Under the pieces are notes generated by a model. The model was not told where the DNA came from. It made no database searches and saw only the letters and a program-made list of their open reading frames with translations. Below are positions 58,951 to 64,000 of a stretch of 64,000 bases of DNA, piece by piece. The DNA is taken from assembly GCA_951406725.2 (NCBI GenBank), contig OX597827.1, forward strand, positions 2,232,001 through 2,296,000, given 5' to 3'. The stretch's first letter is position 1; each line of letters starts with the position of its first letter. The position numbers were made by a program, and so were the translations under genes. This DNA is from Octopus vulgaris. Taxonomy: Eukaryota.

Positions 58951-59078
58951 GCATTTACACATACATACTAATGCCATGCGTTAAGAATTATCAACGCCAT
59001 TAAGACATCATAACATATACACACATATTTTTCCTAGATTTCGAAATATATATCTTCTTTTGCTTTTATTTTGCTTTT

Positions 59079-59143
<65 letters not shown>

Positions 59144-59537
59144 GTGTAAAGTATTGACGATGTTTAAAATATCCGCGATGCTTAAAATACAAACCAAAAG
59201 CAAATCGTGTAAATATTCAAAACGTGTTACAAAAAAATTTCGTTAAGTTTCTTCGTGTTTTAGGGCAATGGAAACAAACAGTCATCATAACAACTTAAAA
59301 CATTCAGCTATATTTACTTGTGAAAAGATATCTGGTCCTACACCTACAATCTGCTCTGGTGGAGTGTTTTTGACGTTTTGTAGTATATAATAGTATCACG
59401 AATTGAAACAAGACTGACTATAAAATTATCCAATGTGTGTTTTAAATAGTAATAATGGCTTGTTTTAATGCTGTAATTTTTTCCCACATTGTAAAGTCAT
59501 CTCTACAGATTTTCTACAGAGATTATAGTCAGTACAC

Positions 59538-59705
59538 AGGCGCAAGATTGGCTTTGTGGTAATGTAGCTTGCTTACCAACCACATGGTTCCGGGGTTCAT
59601 TCCCACTGCGTGGCATCTTGGACAAGTGTCTTCTACTATAGCCTCGGGCGAACCAAAGACTTGTGAGTGGATTTGGTAGACGGAAACTGAAAGAAGCCCG
59701 TCGTA

Positions 59706-59759
<54 letters not shown>

Positions 59760-59960
59760 AGTGTTTGTCCCCCCAACATCGCTTGACAACCGATGCTGGT
59801 TTGTTTACGTCCCCGTAACTTAGCGGTTCGGCAAAAGAGACCGATAGAATAAGTACTAGGCTTAGAAAGAATAAGTCCTGGGGTCGATTTGCTCAACTAA
59901 AGGCGGTGCTCCAGCATGGCCGCAGTCAAATGACCGAAACAAGTAAAAGAGTAAAAGAGT
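59538..59960 (+). mobile_element. tRNA-derived SINE (family B) with internal TA/TG microsatellite, full length
   Basis: Head GGCGCA..TGGCT.TGTGGTAA..GGGTTCA.TCCC, body GGATTTGGTAGACGGAAACTGAAAGAAGCCCGTCG, microsatellite 59704-59760, tail CCAGCATGGCCGCAGTC..AAGTAAAAGAGTAAAAGAGT. Many copies in the window. Confidence 0.88.
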
Positions 59961-60307
59961 ACTTATTTGTTACTTATTTGCGAATACGTCTAATGTAAAC
60001 AATGCCATCGACGATCGAAGGATAAGTAATGGGTGTATATGCATATTCCAGGAGGTTTTGCTCCTTCATCGACGCCACATCCAACTCATTAACCATCCAC
60101 GAACTCTTTGCTTAAGTAATTACTAAATATATCGGTGTAACACTACCGGATATGCCAATTTTACAAGAAAATCTGCAGAGATAACCTTAAAACGTGACTT
60201 AATATTTCTGCTAACACGGTAGAACATGGTATTGGCGTATAAAAACATTAAATATTATTTGTAGCATATTGTGGTTGCAAAACAGAATGCGGTAAATAAT
60301 TGTTTCG

Positions 60308-60719
60308 TATTTCTTTATTGCACACAAGGGGCTAAACACACAGGGAACAAACAAGGACACACAAAGGGTATTAAGTTGATTACATCGACCTCAGTACACA
60401 ACTGGTACTTAATTTATCGACCTCGAAAGGATGAAAGGCAAAGTCAACCTCGGCGGAATTTGAACGCAAAATGTAAAGACTGACGAAATACCTATTTCTT
60501 TACTACCCACAAGGGGCTAAACACAGAGAGGACAAACAAACAAGGACAGACAAACGGATTAAGTCGATTATATCTACCCCAATGCGTAACTGGTACTTAT
60601 TTAATCGACCCCGAAAGGAGGAAAGGCAAAGTCGACCTCGGCGGAATTTAAACTCAGACGAAATACCGCTAAGCATTTCGCCCGGCGTGCTAACGTTTCT
60701 GCCAGCTCCTCGCCGCCTT
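60308..60719 (-). mobile_element. SINE family A, dimer
   Basis: Two units, junction at about 60482-60510. Confidence 0.85.
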
Positions 60720-62176
60720 TAATGTAAATAAGTAAATAATTGTTTCTGACATTCTGATACCTGTTGTATACGTGCAGACACTGAAGAATTGAAGTTATTT
60801 ATTTTTTACCTTTTACTTTTCATTAGTTTCAGTCACATGACTACGGCCATGCTGGGGCACAACTCTGTAGGGCTTTAGTCGAACAAATTGACCCCAGGAC
60901 TTTATTTTTGTTAAGCCTAGTACATATTTTATCGTTCTCTTTTCTGTTATTCGTTTTCTCTTTTTAGCGCAACGACCCATGAAACCGATTGTCCGGTTTC
61001 TATGGCGGATAAATGAATGAGATTACAACATTATCCCTGAACTGGGCTTTGACCCGTTGCGGATTTCAAAGTCAGCCATTTCTGAGGGTAGGTGACAAGT
61101 TGGTTGCATTGACTGTAGTATTTGACTAATATTTCATGTTATCGACTCCGAAAGGATTAGAAGCTAAGCTGATATCGATGGGATATGAACTCAGCACGTA
61201 AAGCACTTTGAAACGTACTACTGAGCATTTTTTCCGATGTGTTAACGATTCTCCCACATTAGCCGCCCTAATAGGTACAAGATTTTAAACATCAGGTTAT
61301 TTTAAAGTGGAGTTGTGATATGAAATGTGTGCAGTCATGGAAATTTAGGAACCTGACCAAAGAATGTCGGTGTTGATAGGCGAAAAGAAGGAAGGAAAGA
61401 AGGAAGGAAGGAAAGAAGGAAGGAAGGAAAGAAGGAAGGAAGGACGGTATCTTCAAACTGGAGCCCTGGTCTGGATTCTTTCAACAGAAGCGAACTTGAC
61501 TGAATGCACCTAACAACCACTTAGGTAATGTTAAATTGGGTAATGACTTGAGGTATTCACACAAGAGATCAGAACGCAAAGAGCCGGAATAGATACCGCA
61601 AGGAACTCCATCCGGCATTCTAATAATTCCGTCATTCTACTGTTCTAAATTGTTACATTATTTTATTTTATTGTATGTGCTTAAAACTCTAAGTTTCACT
61701 TTCTTTTACAAGAACATGATATTAGAATATTTTGCTGTTTTCATGGGGAAACTTATAAATTTCTCTGCTAAATCCATTTACTTTCTGCAGTAGAGTTTCT
61801 AGTTGCTTTCATTATTTACCGCATACAACATAAAATTGTCCACATGAAAGCAAGTTGTTTTCCCATTAAAGCATTTATATTCGAATCCAGTCTTGCTTAA
61901 CATGTCGGCGAATAATGTTACTGGCAAACAGAAAGGAAAAGAAAGGGAATCTCTTTAGAATATTTCTTTGCTAACAGGGATGGTTTTATTCTTTATATTT
62001 ATTTTTTGTTTTATTTTATCTACACCTGCAAAACCGTTTGCATTTTTACATATGACACGCTCCATGCTCCTTATAACACTGGCGCAACTTTAAGCATGGC
62101 TAATGTTTCTAAGATTCGTATGTGGGGAATACTGTTAAAAGGTCTTTGTTAGTCAATTATTGTTGTTGTTGTTGTC

Positions 62177-62207
<31 letters not shown>

Positions 62208-62239
62208 TTGTTGTTATTAATATTGTTGTTGTCTTTAAT

Positions 62240-62879
62240 GAGACGAGCTGGTAGAATCGTTAGCACGCTGGACAAAATGCTTAGCAGTATTTCGTCCGTT
62301 TTCACGTTCGGAGTTCAAATTCCGTCGAAGTTGACTTAGCGTTTCATCTTTTCGTGTTCGATGAAATAAGTACCAGTGGCGCACTAGGGTCATCGACCAG
62401 CACCTCTCTCTCTCTCTCTGCAAGTTTCAGATCTTGTGCTTATAGTAGAAAGGATTATTATTGTAGTTGTTTTTGCAGCTATTGCTGCTGCTGCTGCTTC
62501 TGCTCTTGTTGTTGCTATTGTTGTTAAGGCGGTAGATTGATAAAATCACTGGAGTGTTAGAAAAGATAGATTACGATTTTAGTTTCGGATCTTTGCTTTC
62601 TGAGTTCAAATCTCACCGAAAGCGGTTTTCATTCTTTTGGAGTCAATAAAATAGAATATCTTCCATGTACCAGGAGGTCAATGCAATCGATTAACTCCCA
62701 CCACCACCACCTAATTGCTGACCTTGTACCTAAATATGAAACCATTCTGAAAGGCGGCGGGCTGGCAGAATCGTTAGCACGTTGGGCGAAATGCTTAGCG
62801 GTATTTCGTCTGTCTTTACGTTCTGAATTCAAATTCCTCCGAGGTCGACTTTGCCTTTTATCCTTTCGGAGTATGTATA

Positions 62880-62945
<66 letters not shown>

Positions 62946-62955
62946 TGTATAAATG

Positions 62956-62988
<33 letters not shown>

Positions 62989-63052
62989 ACTGGGGTCAAT
63001 TTAATCGACTTACACCTCCCCAGATTTCAGGCCTTGTGCCTATAGTAGAAAG
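62240..63052 (+). mobile_element. Cluster of three family A SINEs (62240-62452, ~62526-62740, 62751-63052), the last interrupted by a TA/TG tract
   Basis: Repeated head/B-box/core motifs and the alternative tail CTTGTGCCTATAGTAGAAAGGAT. Confidence 0.7.
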
Positions 63053-63084
63053 GATCATCATCATCATCATCATCATCATTATCG

Positions 63085-63116
<32 letters not shown>

Positions 63117-63559
63117 TTCGTTGTTGTTGTTGTTGTTGTTGCTGTTGTTATACACTGCTTACCTGTTCAAGAGAGTTTTGATGATGCTCTTGGATTCTAA
63201 TATGATGTAAAAAGTATGTGAAAGAGAATTTATTTATTACTATAGCGGGAGACAAGAAAAGGGATGTTTTATGAAAAGTCTTTCCTTCCTATTTTGTATG
63301 CCTACTTTTATAGTAGATCCCGGTTTAGCTCCAACTGAAACAAGAACACTTTTCAACAAAATACCTGCTCTTTGGAATGTGAATGTATTGATATTTCTGT
63401 GGAATATACTATCACTGTAGTGCTACATTCAGCTGGATGATAGCAAAAACAGCCCTGCGTACATACACATAAACAAACGTGCGAATACAAACATTGCCGG
63501 ATGAAAGTAAGTCTGGATTTCTTAATCATAAAAGTTTGAATGGAGGATTAGGTTAATCT

Positions 63560-63950
63560 TTTGTAAATATAACTTGCAAGAAAAACACTTTGGATATGGG
63601 AAATTTAGACGCAAGAAAGATCGCATGGCAACATCGTGTTACAAAAGAAGTATTTCTCTACTTGAAACTCTTGCACAATTTCGCGAGAGGGAAGCGACTT
63701 AGCTGTGAGTTTTCTAAGCCACAGGGGAATTTTTTTTTTGTATTTTGGAAACAACAGTAGAAACCACACCTCTCCGATACGTGAAGTGAGCTCTCCTCTG
63801 TCCACCAATGAAAGGCATGTGACCTTATAATCGTTTCTGCCTGCTCGCCGCCTTTAATAATTCTTCTACTACAGGCACAAAATCCAAAACTTTCAAGAAG
63901 GAAAGAAGTAAAATAGATGGTATTTGCACTCAGGACGTAAGCTGCCGGAT
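63560..63950 (+). mobile_element. Possible highly degraded RTE-like LINE remnant
   Basis: KIAWQHRVTKEV..ISRE..RL fragments across frames. Confidence 0.3.
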
Positions 63951-64000
63951 TACATGCCATATAGCACTTTGATCAGCGAGCTAAAAGTTTTACCAATTTG

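Overview
Eukaryotic, AT-rich, microsatellite-saturated non-coding DNA. The repeat families and the TA/TG/TACA/GATA/trinucleotide density look like an octopus (cephalopod) genome, which is an inference. Almost all ORFs in the track are simple-repeat artefacts and no host exon could be supported. The one intact protein-coding unit is a Penelope-like retroelement (RT + C-terminal GIY-YIG, Neptune-type Cys linker) at about 6608-9736, inserted in (TA)n. Its reading frame is open from 6739 without an ATG, it overlaps an upstream frame at a U7 slippery/acceptor-like site, and its 3' UTR holds CCAAT/TATA motifs and a minimal hammerhead ribozyme (HHR). At least eight more HHR-like motifs, from several unrelated sequence families, lie about 25-210 nt upstream of TA-type microsatellites. 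They include C4-variant cores, one with a long helix II, and an inverted pair forming a foldback. A separate MITE-like foldback carries a hammerhead-shaped motif with a G3-C8 swapped core. The rest is four tRNA-derived SINE families (one forming 184-bp multimers, one carrying an internal microsatellite that hosts other insertions), RTE and R4/Dong-type LINE fragments, a non-autonomous Helitron and long hairpins. All folding and alignment was done by eye; element boundaries are approximate unless stated.
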